From an uncultured Verrucomicrobiae bacterium (GTDB lineage Bacteria > Verrucomicrobiota > Verrucomicrobiia > Limisphaerales > JAFGQR01), in assembly GCA_963788655.1 (NCBI GenBank), contig CAWBHS010000026.1, positions 6,262-70,261 of the forward strand: 64,000 nt of DNA, given 5' to 3'. Shown in pieces: positions 1 through 10,333 of this stretch. Position 1 is the stretch's first letter; every line of letters begins with the position of its first letter. Under the pieces are notes generated by a model that was not told the origin of the DNA, made no database searches, and saw only the letters and a program-made list of their open reading frames with translations. Made by a program: the position numbers and the translations under genes.

Positions 1-976
1 GAGCAGGAGATTCCGCCGACCGGCTTCGGGCCGGGCGTGGATTGGGAATCCTGCATGACCATGAACAACCATTGGGGCTACAACAAGCACGACCAGAATT
101 GGAAATCCGCCCGCATGCTTGATTCGCAACCTGATCGATTGCGCCAGCAAAGGCGGCAATTACCTGCTCAACATCGGGCCCACCAGCGAAGGACTCTTCC
201 CCGCGCCCAGCATCGAGCGACTGGCCGCAATCGGCGACTGGATGAAAGTGAATCACGAAGCCATCTATGGCACCACGGCGAGTGCCTTCAAGAAACTCAG
301 CTATGGCCGCTGCACCCAAAAGCCGGGCAAGCTGTACCTGCACGTGTTCGACTGGCCGGCGGATGGCAGGCTCCTGGTGCCCATTGCCAATCCGGTGCGG
401 CGGGCCTATCTGCTGGCCGCTCGCAACCAACGGCTGCGCACGGAAAAGACCGACGCCGGCCAAGTGCTGATCGTGCCCGCAACCGCACCCGATCTCAACG
501 CGACCGTGGTGGTCGTGGAACTCGAAGGCAAACCCGAAGTGCTGGCGACCGCTTCCTCCCTCAAACAAACGGCGGACGGCACGTTGGTCCTCAACGCGAG
601 CAACGCCGAGTTGGTGGGTTCCTCCATCAAACTGGAAACCAAGACGGACAACGTTCCCAACATTGGCTACTGGGTGAACCAAAATGATTTTGTCCAATGG
701 CCGGTGGTGATCACCCGGCCCGGTCTTTACGATCTGGAGGTGAGTTACGCGTGCGAACCGGACTCCGCCGGCAGCGAATGTGTGCTGGCGATTGGCAGCC
801 AGGAGTACAGCCGCGCCGTGGAAGCCACCCAGGGATGGGGCGATTTCCAAACCGCAACGCTGGGGCAACTGCAAATCGATCAGACCGGCCCGATCACCAT
901 TTCGCTCAAAGCCACGAACAAGCCCGGATTGGCCGTGGTCAACCTGCGCCATCTGACCTTTCGCCCCGTGAACTGA
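1..976 (+). CDS. alpha-L-fucosidase (GH29), 3' part of a gene starting upstream of the window, with C-terminal carbohydrate-binding-like domain; 1 frameshift near nt 116-120
   Basis: Frame 1 from nt 1 reads ...[29 protein letters not shown]. Frame 2 (ORF 119..976) continues [27 protein letters not shown]. Together these form the conserved GH29 core. The join needs a 1-nt shift within gcatgcttgattcg. Confidence 0.8.
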
Positions 977-1071
977 CGGTCAAACGCCTGTCGCCAAGCC
1001 AATCGATGGCAGCAGCTTCAGGCGTTTAATCCAATGGACTATGCCGTCGCCGTTCAAAGGCGTTGCCAAGC

Positions 1072-1728
1072 ATGAACCCGTTTCGCGCAGTGATTTTCGA
1101 CATGGACGGCGTGATCGTGAACAGCGAACCGTTGCACGAGCGGGCCTTCTTCGAAGTGATGGACGAACTCGGTTACGGTCACAATCACGGGCTTCAGTTC
1201 GCCGATTATGTGGGACGGTCCGATTACGTGCTTTGGCAGGATTTCATTGCGAAACACAAACCATCGCAATCCCTGGCGGAATTGCTGGCATTGAAGTGCA
1301 ATCGCGTCGTCGATATTGTCCGGCAGACCGAGCCCATATTTGGCGGACTCCTGGAATTGGTGGAAACGCTGACGGCCCACTGGCCGCTGGCAGTGGCCTC
1401 GGGTTCCGAACGCCCGGTCGTGAATACCGTGCTGAGTCTGCAAGGCCTCGCGCAGTTCTTCCCAGTCGTGGTGACGGGTGGCGACGTCACCCAAGGTAAA
1501 CCGGCACCGGATATCTTCCTGCGCGCGGCCCAGCAACTGGGGCATCGGCCGCAGAACTGCGTGGTCATTGAAGACTCCAAACCTGGCGTGGCCGCCGGTT
1601 TAGCGGCCGGAATGCAAGTCATCGCCATCACCAACACGCATCCGGCCACCGAACTCGCCGAGGCCACCGAAGTGGTGCGGACGTATCCGGAGATAGCCGA
1701 TCTGCTGGTCCATGCTGGACCACCTTAA
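1072..1728 (+). CDS. HAD-superfamily hydrolase, beta-phosphoglucomutase-like (subfamily IA)
   Basis: ORF 1063..1728. ATG at 1072 gives MNPFRAVIFDMDGVIVNSEPLH (DxDG motif I), followed by ASGSERP, GKPAPDIF and IEDSKPGVAAGLAAGM (later HAD motifs). Confidence 0.8.
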   Translation: MNPFRAVIFDMDGVIVNSEPLHERAFFEVMDELGYGHNHGLQFADYVGRSDYVLWQDFIAKHKPSQSLAELLALKCNRVVDIVRQTEPIFGGLLELVETLTAHWPLAVASGSERPVVNTVLSLQGLAQFFPVVVTGGDVTQGKPAPDIFLRAAQQLGHRPQNCVVIEDSKPGVAAGLAAGMQVIAITNTHPATELAEATEVVRTYPEIADLLVHAGPP

Positions 1729-1848
1729 ACCTCTCGTAGATTTGCGGAGTTCATTGACCGCAAGAGGCCCAATGGTATGTCAGGCTTCCAGCCGGCAATT
1801 TCTTGTCCGGGTCCATTGACATCGATTACAACGTAAACCAAAGAAAGC

Positions 1849-4450
1849 ATGACAAGACTCAAACTGATTACCGCCGCCGCAGTGATGCTGTTGGCCCCAA
1901 TGGCCTTCAGCGCCGATTTGACCGTTACCACCCTGGCCGACCAGGGCGCCGGTTCCCTGCGTCAGGCGATTGCTGACGCTCAATCGGGTGATCGCATCGT
2001 TTTTGCGAATGGCTTCGCTGGCCAGATTGTCCTGACGAGCGGGACCCTGCAAATCGACAAAGACCTGACTATTGCCGGACCCGGCGCGGACGAACTGTCC
2101 ATCCGTGGCGCAGCGCCAGTATTTCGCGTTAGCGGGAACGCGGTTGTGAGCATCTCCGGGCTGGCCCTTAAGGACATCTACGCGATTACCATCGATGGCG
2201 CCGGCATCCAACTCGAGGCCGGCACGCTGACGGTTAGCCGGTGTCGGTTTGAAAGTCTTATTGGCGGCAACGGTGGCGCTATCGCGGTAAGTACCGGCAC
2301 GCTGCAAGTCCGCCAATGCACCTTTCTAAGCTGCGGCGCTCAGTCGGGAGTCGGCGTGGCTGGCTCGGGCGGCTGCATCTACAACGACAGCGGAACGGTG
2401 GAAATCGCCGATAGCACCGCCGAGTTGTGCTTTGCCACGGACGGCGCCGTGGTGTACAGCCAAGGCTCGTCCGGGGTCACCTTGAGTGGCTGCTTGTTCT
2501 ATGAAAACGACGCCATCAAGGGCAGTGTCGTGTACAACCACACGGCCACGGTGGAGGCCCTGGAATGCACCTTTGGTGCGAATTTCGCGGAAGCCGGCGG
2601 CGCCATTTTCAATGACGCCGGCACGGTCAGTCTGAGCTACTGCACATATTCCGCCAACTTCACCGAGGCGGCCGGCGGAGCGATCTTCAATGATGGTGGC
2701 ACGGTCTATCTGGCCAACACCATTCTGGCGAACGATTACGGCGGTGGCCATTACGCGGGCGCCAACGATGCGGAAACCATTTCTCTCGGCTACAACCTTT
2801 GCGACAACAACGACTGCAGTGCTTTTCTAACTGCCGAAGACGACCAAAACGGCGTCCCCGCTGGTCTGGCAACAGATACTCCCGTGGACAACGGTGGCTT
2901 GACCTATACCATTGCTTTATCGGAAACCAGCCCGGCCATCAACGCCGGCGATCCCAACTTCGTTCCGCCTCCGTATTACGATCAGCGCGGAGAAGGTTAT
3001 CCGCGCGTGCGCGGCGGCCGGATCGATATCGGGGCAGTTGAGTTCCAGAGCGCGGCGTCGCCACTGGCCATGCAGTGCCCGGCTCCATTGACTGTGGAAT
3101 GCGCTTCCCCGAGCGGAACCCCCGTGACCCTCACGGCGATCGTCACCGACACCGATGGCGCGGTGTTTCACGTGACGTGGTTGGTGGACGGCCAATCCGC
3201 ACAATCCGACGACGTTCCAATCGGCGGCGCCAGCACAAGCTTAACGTTCACCGGTTCATTCGGCTTCGGTTCTCACTCGGTTGAAGTCCTGGTCATTAGT
3301 GACACTGGCAACCAAATGAGTTGCTCTACGTCCGTCACGGTCGAGGACCACACCGTTCCTGTCTTAGTATGCCCGGAGGACATCACCGCGGCCAATGCGG
3401 CTGCCGTGCCGGTGCCGGATCCCGACAATGTTCAGGCGAGCGCCGGCTGCTCAGCCGTGACGGTGACTTGGCTGGGCGACAGCGTTACTGCCAGTGCGGT
3501 GGCTTCGGGGGCACCATTCTCCGCACCTACCAAGCCACTTCCGCCGGGGGGCAAACAGCGGTTTGCGTGCAGACCATCACGGTGCTGTCCCAACTCGTTT
3601 TCAGCGACGAACACGTCACCGTACATTACGACAACAAAAACGCGCCGAATGTCACGGGGGCCAATCACGGCTACAACAAGGCCGAGTTCCGGGGCAACGT
3701 CAGCTTCTGCGATGCGGGCCTGCTGCCTCCAGGCCTATTGGCGCCCGGAGCCAAAACCGTCTCAGCCCATGTGCTGGCCATGCTGGGCGACGTGCTGATT
3801 GCAGATGTCGAACTGGCTCTGGAAGTCAAAGGCGGACATCAGGAGAAATGGGAATCGCCACACGGCCCGCACGGTGCGGTGGAAACCCTGAAACTCCATT
3901 GGAAAAACGCGGTGAAGTTCAACGCCAAAGATTCCAATCCGGAGTCGCCCAAGATGGAATCCAAGTTCATCGGCCTGGCCAACACGGATTTGCGTTACGA
4001 AGCCAAGGCTGGCTCCTACACCACTGTTTTCCCGAATAGCGTTGCGCTTACCGTCGAGGAAGGAAAAGTCGTTAGCGTCACCGGTTTGGGCAGCGGGCAC
4101 CTACGAAATCGCCAACGACGAAAAGAAAGCCGATCTGATGCTGCCTTACCGCTTGGTTCCCGGCATGGTGATCCCCATCCGCGGGCGACCTTAACGATAC
4201 GGTCGTGGTGGCGGCGGGCGTGAACTACGAAACCGTCGAAGCCAAGTTCCAATTGAAACTGCAGCCGGACATCTTGCCGGTGCTGCCGTTGTTCAGCGAG
4301 CCGGATACGCTTCGCTACGACATTTTCCTGGGCACGGGAACCGGTGAACGGATGGCCGTCGGCAATTCGGTGGTCGGCGTGGGTGCCAGAAAGTGGAACC
4401 AGAACGCCGGCAACCACAAGAAATTCAACGACGACGACACGACGGATTAA
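1849..4450 (+). CDS. secreted beta-helix repeat protein with HYR/Ig-like C-terminal modules (adhesin-like); about 3 frameshifts (~3493, ~4095, ~4185)
   Basis: Signal peptide MTRLKLITAAAVMLLAPMAFSADL. Repeated GGAI(Y/F)ND.GTV units. CPEDITAANAA...VTVTW then, after a frame change, GGTILRTYQATSAGGQTAVCVQTITV (HYR-like). Pieces: ORFs 1849..3798 and 3321..4223, a frame-1 stretch ~4096..4190, and ORF 4205..4450. Confidence 0.55.
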
Positions 4451-4453
4451 CCG

Positions 4454-5269
4454 CTACGAGTGCAAGGCGCTACTGAAAGCTCGGTGGAACTGCTCGGAGA
4501 TCGGGTGTCGAATGCCGAGGTGCTGGAAAATGGCTTTGCAGGCGGCTTTGGCGCCCTCATTGTCGTAATCGCGCTGACGTTGCAGCACCTCGATAAACGC
4601 CGCCAATGCTTTGGCGTAGTCGCCTTTCTTGGCCGCTTTCGCCCCCTCTACATAGCGGGCCCGCACGGGCGCCTCGGCCAGTTGATCCGGATGCTCCGCC
4701 ACGTCGGCAATCCGGGCCAGGGTGCGCAAGGCGGCGGCTTTGTCGGCAAACTCGGACTCAAGCCCGATGCCCGTCAGTAAATCCGCCACGCGCTGTGGTT
4801 GCGCGACCAAACAGCACTCGGCCAACAACAAGCGCGCCGGTTCGTTCGCCGGTTCGCTGGCCACCACCGGTTCCAACCGGGCCGCGGCTTCGGACGCCCG
4901 GCCTCCGGCCAACATCCCTTTGGCCTTGGCCAGCACCTCGGCGTTGGGTGAAGGCAGCGCCTGGTTGAGCCATTGGCGAACCTGGGGTTCCGGCAGGGCA
5001 CCGAGGAATTCATTGACCACCTTCCCCTGGTGAAAAAGCTTTACCGCCGGAATGCTCCGGATGTCGAACGCCATCGCCAGTTCCTCGTTTTCTTCGGTGT
5101 TGATCTTCACCAACTCCCATCGGCCCTGCGCTTCCGCCGCGAGCTTTTCGAGGATCGGCCCCAACGTTTTGCACGGTCCGCACCAGGGGGCCCAAAAATC
5201 CACCAGCACCGGGATTTGCTGGCTGCGTTTCAACACATCTTGCTCGAATGTTTTTACATCGTATTTCAT
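4454..5269 (-). CDS. thioredoxin-domain protein with C-terminal TPR-like helical domain (YbbN/CnoX-type co-chaperone)
   Basis: ORF 4454..5281; ATG at 5269 (MKYDVKTFEQDVL). Thioredoxin motif FWAPWCGPCKTLGPILEKL followed by an Ala-rich helical repeat region. Confidence 0.8.
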   Translation of the reverse strand: MKYDVKTFEQDVLKRSQQIPVLVDFWAPWCGPCKTLGPILEKLAAEAQGRWELVKINTEENEELAMAFDIRSIPAVKLFHQGKVVNEFLGALPEPQVRQWLNQALPSPNAEVLAKAKGMLAGGRASEAAARLEPVVASEPANEPARLLLAECCLVAQPQRVADLLTGIGLESEFADKAAALRTLARIADVAEHPDQLAEAPVRARYVEGAKAAKKGDYAKALAAFIEVLQRQRDYDNEGAKAACKAIFQHLGIRHPISEQFHRAFSSALHS

Positions 5270-5390
5270 GGCTAAGTCCAACTTAGGCCATCCTCGCCGC
5301 GAGAGCGAGAACTAAGGGGGGGTGTTCTCCAAACGGTTTGCCAGCAACCTTCTGACGCTCAACAGCCAGAGAAAGGATTGGGAGGAATGT

Positions 5391-5520
5391 TCAATGACCA
5401 AGGACCAATGACCAGAGAATGTCCATTACCCAATGACCAGTTAACCGGTCCCGTGCCGTCTGCATTCCGATTGGGATTTGGGACTTGGGAATTTTCTGGT
5501 GCTTGGTTCTTGGTCATTGA
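5391..5520. repeat. MITE/REP-like ~130-bp element with 10-bp terminal inverted repeats (tcaatgacca ... tggtcattga)
   Basis: Perfect 10-bp TIRs at 5391-5400 and 5511-5520. The internal caatgaccagagaatg and ggtgcttgg blocks are shared with a second copy at 26641..26773. Confidence 0.6.
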
Positions 5521-6417
5521 TCACTTACGCACGCTCACGTGGTCGGCGGTCGGAAAATCCGCCGGCACTTTGGTTTGGGTTACCCGGCCCGTGGCCGCCC
5601 ATTCGGCGCCGCGTTGCAACGTGACGATGAAGCCGACGCACTTCATTTGTTGGGCCGCATGGCCCAGCACGGTGTGGAAGACCCGTCCCTTGCCGTAATT
5701 GATCGTGAACAGAATCGGTTCGTCGCGGCCGGTGGAGCCGTATTTGGGATCCTGGTAACCAGTGGCCAGCAAGGTCATGTTTTGCGCCGGACCGCGGAGC
5801 CGGCTGTACATTTCGTCTTTCACGTGCAGCCATTTTTCCGGCAATCCCTTGGTGATCGGATGCTCGTGATTGCGAATGGTCACCAGAAAATCGGTTTGCT
5901 GCCCGTGTGAGCCGCCGCTGCCGGGAGAATTATCGCGGACGATGTGGCCGTCTTTCCAATACACGTAGGGCCCACTTTTCTCGTTGCGGCCGCCCCAGCC
6001 ACCCAGCCCGATCATTTCGTTCCATGCTTTCCAGTTAGGAAAGGCGTTGTCCGCCGCGTGAACGACGACCAGTCCCCCGCCGTTTTTCATGTAGGCGACC
6101 AGCGCGGCCTTGGTTGCCTGCGGCCATTCGTCGCCGTTGTAGTTAGACACGATAACATCGTATTTGGCCCAGTCCGGTTTGAAGTTGGCCATCGCTTGCT
6201 TGTTCTGCGGAGTAGTAGCCACGTCCACCGTCATGAGGCCGGTTGCTTCAAGGATGCGTTTGAGCTCGGGCGTGGTGCCTTTCCAATCGTGATTGTTCTG
6301 GCCATCCACGATCAGGGCTTTGAGTGAAGGTTCAGCCGCCGGGGACGAAGCGGCCCCGAGATGCAAGGTCCAGCAAGCCATCAAGCCCGCCAACAAGAAT
6401 CGAAAATTTGGTTTCAT
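5521..6417 (-). CDS. ThuA-domain protein (trehalose-utilisation-like), secreted
   Basis: ORF 5521..6780. The plausible start is ATG 6417, giving signal peptide MKPNFRFLLAGLMACWTLHLGAAS. ThuA-like blocks KALIVDGQNNHDWKGTTP and GGGLVVVHAADNAFPNWKAWNEMIGLGGWGGR. Confidence 0.8.
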   Translation of the reverse strand: MKPNFRFLLAGLMACWTLHLGAASSPAAEPSLKALIVDGQNNHDWKGTTPELKRILEATGLMTVDVATTPQNKQAMANFKPDWAKYDVIVSNYNGDEWPQATKAALVAYMKNGGGLVVVHAADNAFPNWKAWNEMIGLGGWGGRNEKSGPYVYWKDGHIVRDNSPGSGGSHGQQTDFLVTIRNHEHPITKGLPEKWLHVKDEMYSRLRGPAQNMTLLATGYQDPKYGSTGRDEPILFTINYGKGRVFHTVLGHAAQQMKCVGFIVTLQRGAEWAATGRVTQTKVPADFPTADHVSVRK

Positions 6418-6712
6418 TATGGCATGGTCGGAAAAAGTTGGAGGTTTGGAAATGCAAAATTTCTCCGTTTCACACCCCCTGCGAGACGCACGGAACAATT
6501 TGGCGCTTCCCCCAATTAGGGGCCGGTTGCACAATGGCGCCGTGAAACGCAAAGCCACTTTGAAACGTTCTGCAAAGGGAGACGCGCGGAGTTGGGAGTC
6601 ACTCTTCCGTTCAACCGGGGCGCATTGCTGCCAGAAGGCACGACTTTTAACCGGCATCTTCCAACGGGCTCGCAGTCCATTCATAACGGCACTGATAATT
6701 TCCTGGGCAACC

Positions 6713-8504
6713 ATGCTTGCCAGTTGGACGCCGACAGTGCTGGCGGCAGTTTCGCACCCGGATCCCCGCGACTTCGCCAATGGCCGACTGATTCCGGACG
6801 AAGACTATTGCGATCAACCGCGCATCGTGGTGACGCACGATGGCACGTGGGTCTGCCTAATGACTACAGGCCCCGGTCGCGAAGGTGCCGGCGGACAACA
6901 CGTCGTGGCAACGCGGAGCACCGACCAGGGAAAAACGTGGTTCCCTCGGGTCGATGTCGAACCGGGCCAGGAGCCCAAATCCGCTTATGCCCTGGCGCTG
7001 GTGACTCCCCAGGACCGGATCTATGCCTTCTATTGTTACAATGGCGACCGCATCCGCACCCTGCCCAACGGCAAACCGATCCGGGACGACATGCAAGGTT
7101 GGTTTTGCTACCGCTATTCGGATGATCAAGGCCGGACCTGGTCGCCGCGCTATCGGCTGCCCATGCGGCTTACCGCAGCGGACCGCAACAACGACTGGCA
7201 CGGCAAGCTCCAGATGTTCTGGGCGATTGGTACTCCGGCGATTTTTGGGAACACGGCCATGTTTGGCTTCACCAAACTGGGCCAATACATTCTCCAGGAT
7301 GGTGAAGGTTGGTTTTATCGTTCGGATAATATCCTCACCGAAACCGATCCCGCGAAACTGCAATGGGAATTGCTGCCGGACGGTGACCATGGCGTGCGCG
7401 CGCCGGAGTTTGGTTCGGTGCAGGAGGAATTCGACGTGGTTCATCTGGCCGGGGACGGATTGGTTTTGCGTTTATCGCACCACGCTCGGGCATGCCGCGT
7501 GTTCCTACAGTCACAACGGCGGTCATACGTGGGAAAAGCCTGAGGCCCTACGCTACACACCGGGTGGCGCCGTGGTGAAACAACCACGCGCTTGCACGAA
7601 AATTTGGAAGACTCGCAGCGGGCACTATTTGCTGTGGTATCACAACAACGGCACCCAGACCTACAACAACGGACCCAATGCCGGCAGCCGTAATCTCGCC
7701 TGGTTGAGCGGCGGCACCCTTCGCGACGGTCGCTTGCAATGGTCGCAGCCGGAACTGGTAGCCTACGTGGACGGCGGCTTGGAAGGGTGCAGTTACCCGG
7801 ACTTGATCGAAGCGGGTGGCAAGTTTTACATCTGTGCCACGCAAAAAACCGAGGCCCGCATCCTTGAAGTCGCGCCCGAACTGCTGACCGGAATTTGGAA
7901 CCAGGATGCCGCCCGCACGGTGGTGACCAACGGCCTGGTGCTGGATCTATCCGCCGAAAAACTGGCCGGCAATTCAACGGTGCCCGCCCCGCGGCTGCCC
8001 TGGCTTTGCGGCTCCAATCCGACCCGCCCGCCCGCCGGCCAAAATCGCGGAGGATTTTCCCTTGAACTGGCGGTGAGGCTGACGGATCTCTCGCCAGGGC
8101 AGGTGCTTCTGGATGCGCGCGACGACAGCGGTAAAGGCTTTGCCTTGGTGACCACCGGTCACGGGGCAGTGCGACTGGAACTGAATGATGGTTGGCGCGG
8201 CGCTTTTTGGGATTGCGATCGCGGGCTGCTCGACACGAACACGGTCCATCACCTGGTTGCCATCGTGGATGGTGGTCCCGACTTGATCACCTACGTCGTC
8301 GATGGCCGGCTTTGCGATGGCGGCTCGGCGCGGTTGTTTGGTTATGGTCGTTTCGATCCGGCAATGAAAGAAGTCAACGGCGCCCGCGCGTTGCAGCTTG
8401 CCCCGAACTTGCACGGTCGATTGGAACGGCTCCGCATCTACAACCGCGCGTTGCGCACCAGTGAGGCAATCGGGAATTATCGTGCCAACCTTTCCCCAAG
8501 GTAG
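6713..8504 (+). CDS. BNR/Asp-box sialidase-like beta-propeller fused to a LamG/concanavalin-type domain; 1 frameshift ~7465
   Basis: Asp-box motifs STDQGKTW, SDDQGRTW, SHNGGHTW. C-terminus HHLVAIVDGGPDLITYVVDGRL...LRIYNRALRTSEAIGNY. ORFs 6293..7543 and 7023..8504 join at ggattggttttgcg. Start (ATG 6713) is uncertain. Confidence 0.65.
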
Positions 8505-8560
8505 CGAACGAAGGTGTGCCAAACCACAAGGGCCACCTCAAAGCCTCCGGAACATTATTT

Positions 8561-9040
8561 GAGCGTGCCGCCGGCATCCGGCCGGCAGTGCGAACGGTGG
8601 ATGGGGCCTCGAACGGAACGCAAAGCTTGAGCGCACCCACCGCGATCGTTTCTTCCGGCGAGACGCCGGAAGCACGTTGCCAGCGTGCTGCCGGCATCTG
8701 GCCGGCAGTGCGAACGGTGGATGGGGCCTCGAACGGAACGCAAAGCTTGAGCGCACCCACCGCGATCGTTTCTTCCGGCGGGACGCCGGAAGCACGTTGC
8801 CAGCGTGCTGCCGGCATCTGGCCGGCAGTGCGAACGGTGGATGGGGCCTCGAACGGAACGCAAAACTTGAGCGCACCCACCGCGATCGTTTCTTCCGGCG
8901 GGACGCCGGAAGCACGTTGCCAGCGTGCTGCCGGCATCTGGCCGGCAGTGCGAACGGTGGATGGGGCCTCGAACGGAACGCAAAGCTTGAGCGCACCCAC
9001 CGCGATCGTTTCTTCCGGCGAGACGCCGGAAGCACGTTGC
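8561..9040. repeat. tandem array, 4 x 120 bp, near-identical units built from three GC-rich hairpins
   Basis: Units 8561-8680, 8681-8800, 8801-8920 and 8921-9040 differ at only a handful of positions. Each holds ctgccgg-catctgg-ccggcag, cttccggcg-gga-cgccggaag and agcacg-ttgccag-cgtgct (the last spans the unit junction). Confidence 0.9.
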
Positions 9041-9126
9041 TGGCGCATTCCCAGACTTCGATTGAATCGTCCGGGGCCGCCGGCAGTCTATTTACAAAAT
9101 CTGATTCGGATGGCATCAACGGTTTT

Positions 9127-10293
9127 ATGAAATCACTCGTTAAGGCTCGCATCGCCCGGTTAAGCCTCATCGGCGCCTGCTTCTGCTTCTGTATCTCACC
9201 GGTTTCCATTCATGCCCAACGCGTGCGTTCCGTGCCATTCTTCCCGAATTTGCCAGGTTACGTCACCTTGCGCGGCGACTTCCATGCGCACACGGTGTTT
9301 TCCGATGGCAACGTCTGGCCGACGGTTCGTCCCGAGGAAGCCTGGCGCGAAGGTTATGATGTCCTGGCGATCACCGATCATCTCGAATACCTGCCGCACA
9401 AAAGTGACATGATCCTGACCAACTTCAATCGTTCCTACGAGTTGGCCCGGCCCACGGCGCAAGCCCTGGGAATGGTTTTGATCCACGCCGCGGAACTGAC
9501 CCGTGGCGAACCTCCCGGCCATTGGAATCTGTTGTTTCTGACCAATGCCAACACGATTCCCACCAAGGACTATCACGACGCGTTAAAAGCCGCCCGGCAG
9601 CAGGACGCGTTTGTGTTCTGGAATCATCCGGGCTGGAAACAGCCGGAGCGCAAGTCGGTTTGGTATGCCGAGCAACAGGAAGCCCTGACCAACGGCTGGC
9701 TGCAAGGCATCGAAATCGTCAATGGCCACGAATACGATCCCATCGCCTTCGGGTGGTGCCTCGAGAAAAAGCTCACGCCGTTCGGTAACTCGGATATCCA
9801 CAATCCCGTCGCGCTGGACTATGCCTATCCACCAGGTGCGCACCGGCCCATGACGCTGGTCTTCGCTCGGGAAAAGGCCGTGGACGCCATCAAAGCCGCC
9901 TTGCGCGAGCGCCGTACCGCCGTCTATTTCGAGAACCAATTGTATGGCGAAGCGCGATTCCTCAAACCCATTTTCGAGCAGTCTCTGGAAGTGGAGACGC
10001 CCGAGTTGACCATGGCCAACAAGGGCCGTGCCGTGATGCAGGTCCACAACCGGTGTGCGGTAACGTTTGAATTGAAGGCCAACGGCAAAGTGGCCGGTCT
10101 CAGCTTTCCCAGTGAATTGACCCTGTACTCGGGCAAGACGGTGGCCTTCGATGTCCGCCGCACGGGCAAGGAACTGGAATCGGGCGCCACCATTCGTCTG
10201 CCGTACACCGTGGAGAACCTGGTCGTCGCCCCGGATACCAGCCTCCAAGCGAGTCTGGATTTCAAACTTAAGACGCCGCCCAAGAAGAAATGA
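9127..10293 (+). CDS. secreted PHP-domain metal-dependent phosphoesterase
   Basis: Tail of ORF 8677..10293. ATG 9127 gives signal peptide MKSLVKARIARLSLIGACFCFCISPVSIHA. PHP motifs RGDFHAHTVFSDG and VLAITDHLEY. The upstream part of the ORF is only read-through of the tandem repeat. Confidence 0.7.
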   Translation: MKSLVKARIARLSLIGACFCFCISPVSIHAQRVRSVPFFPNLPGYVTLRGDFHAHTVFSDGNVWPTVRPEEAWREGYDVLAITDHLEYLPHKSDMILTNFNRSYELARPTAQALGMVLIHAAELTRGEPPGHWNLLFLTNANTIPTKDYHDALKAARQQDAFVFWNHPGWKQPERKSVWYAEQQEALTNGWLQGIEIVNGHEYDPIAFGWCLEKKLTPFGNSDIHNPVALDYAYPPGAHRPMTLVFAREKAVDAIKAALRERRTAVYFENQLYGEARFLKPIFEQSLEVETPELTMANKGRAVMQVHNRCAVTFELKANGKVAGLSFPSELTLYSGKTVAFDVRRTGKELESGATIRLPYTVENLVVAPDTSLQASLDFKLKTPPKKK

Positions 10294-10333
10294 ACGTCCG
10301 GGAAAATTTCCAATTCATAAGTGACTGCGGCCA

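Noticed and set aside
6418-6780. N-terminal 121-aa extension of the ThuA ORF (5521..6780).
   Set aside because: A typical signal peptide starts at the internal ATG 6417. The extension has no motif and overlaps the divergent promoter region.
8561-9040. Possible CRISPR array (regular 120-bp periodicity).
   Set aside because: The units are identical over their whole length, so there are no unique spacers between short repeats. No cas genes are nearby. It is a plain tandem repeat.
8374-9209. Five long ORFs (142-538 aa, both strands) running through the tandem repeat, for example 8374..9048(-), 8516..9130(+), 8538..9209(-) and the 5' part of 8677..10293(+).
   Set aside because: They exist only because the GC-rich repeat lacks stop codons in 5 of 6 frames. 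The peptides are 40-aa repeats rich in R/A/G/P with no motif. The real PHP gene starts at 9127 with a signal peptide.
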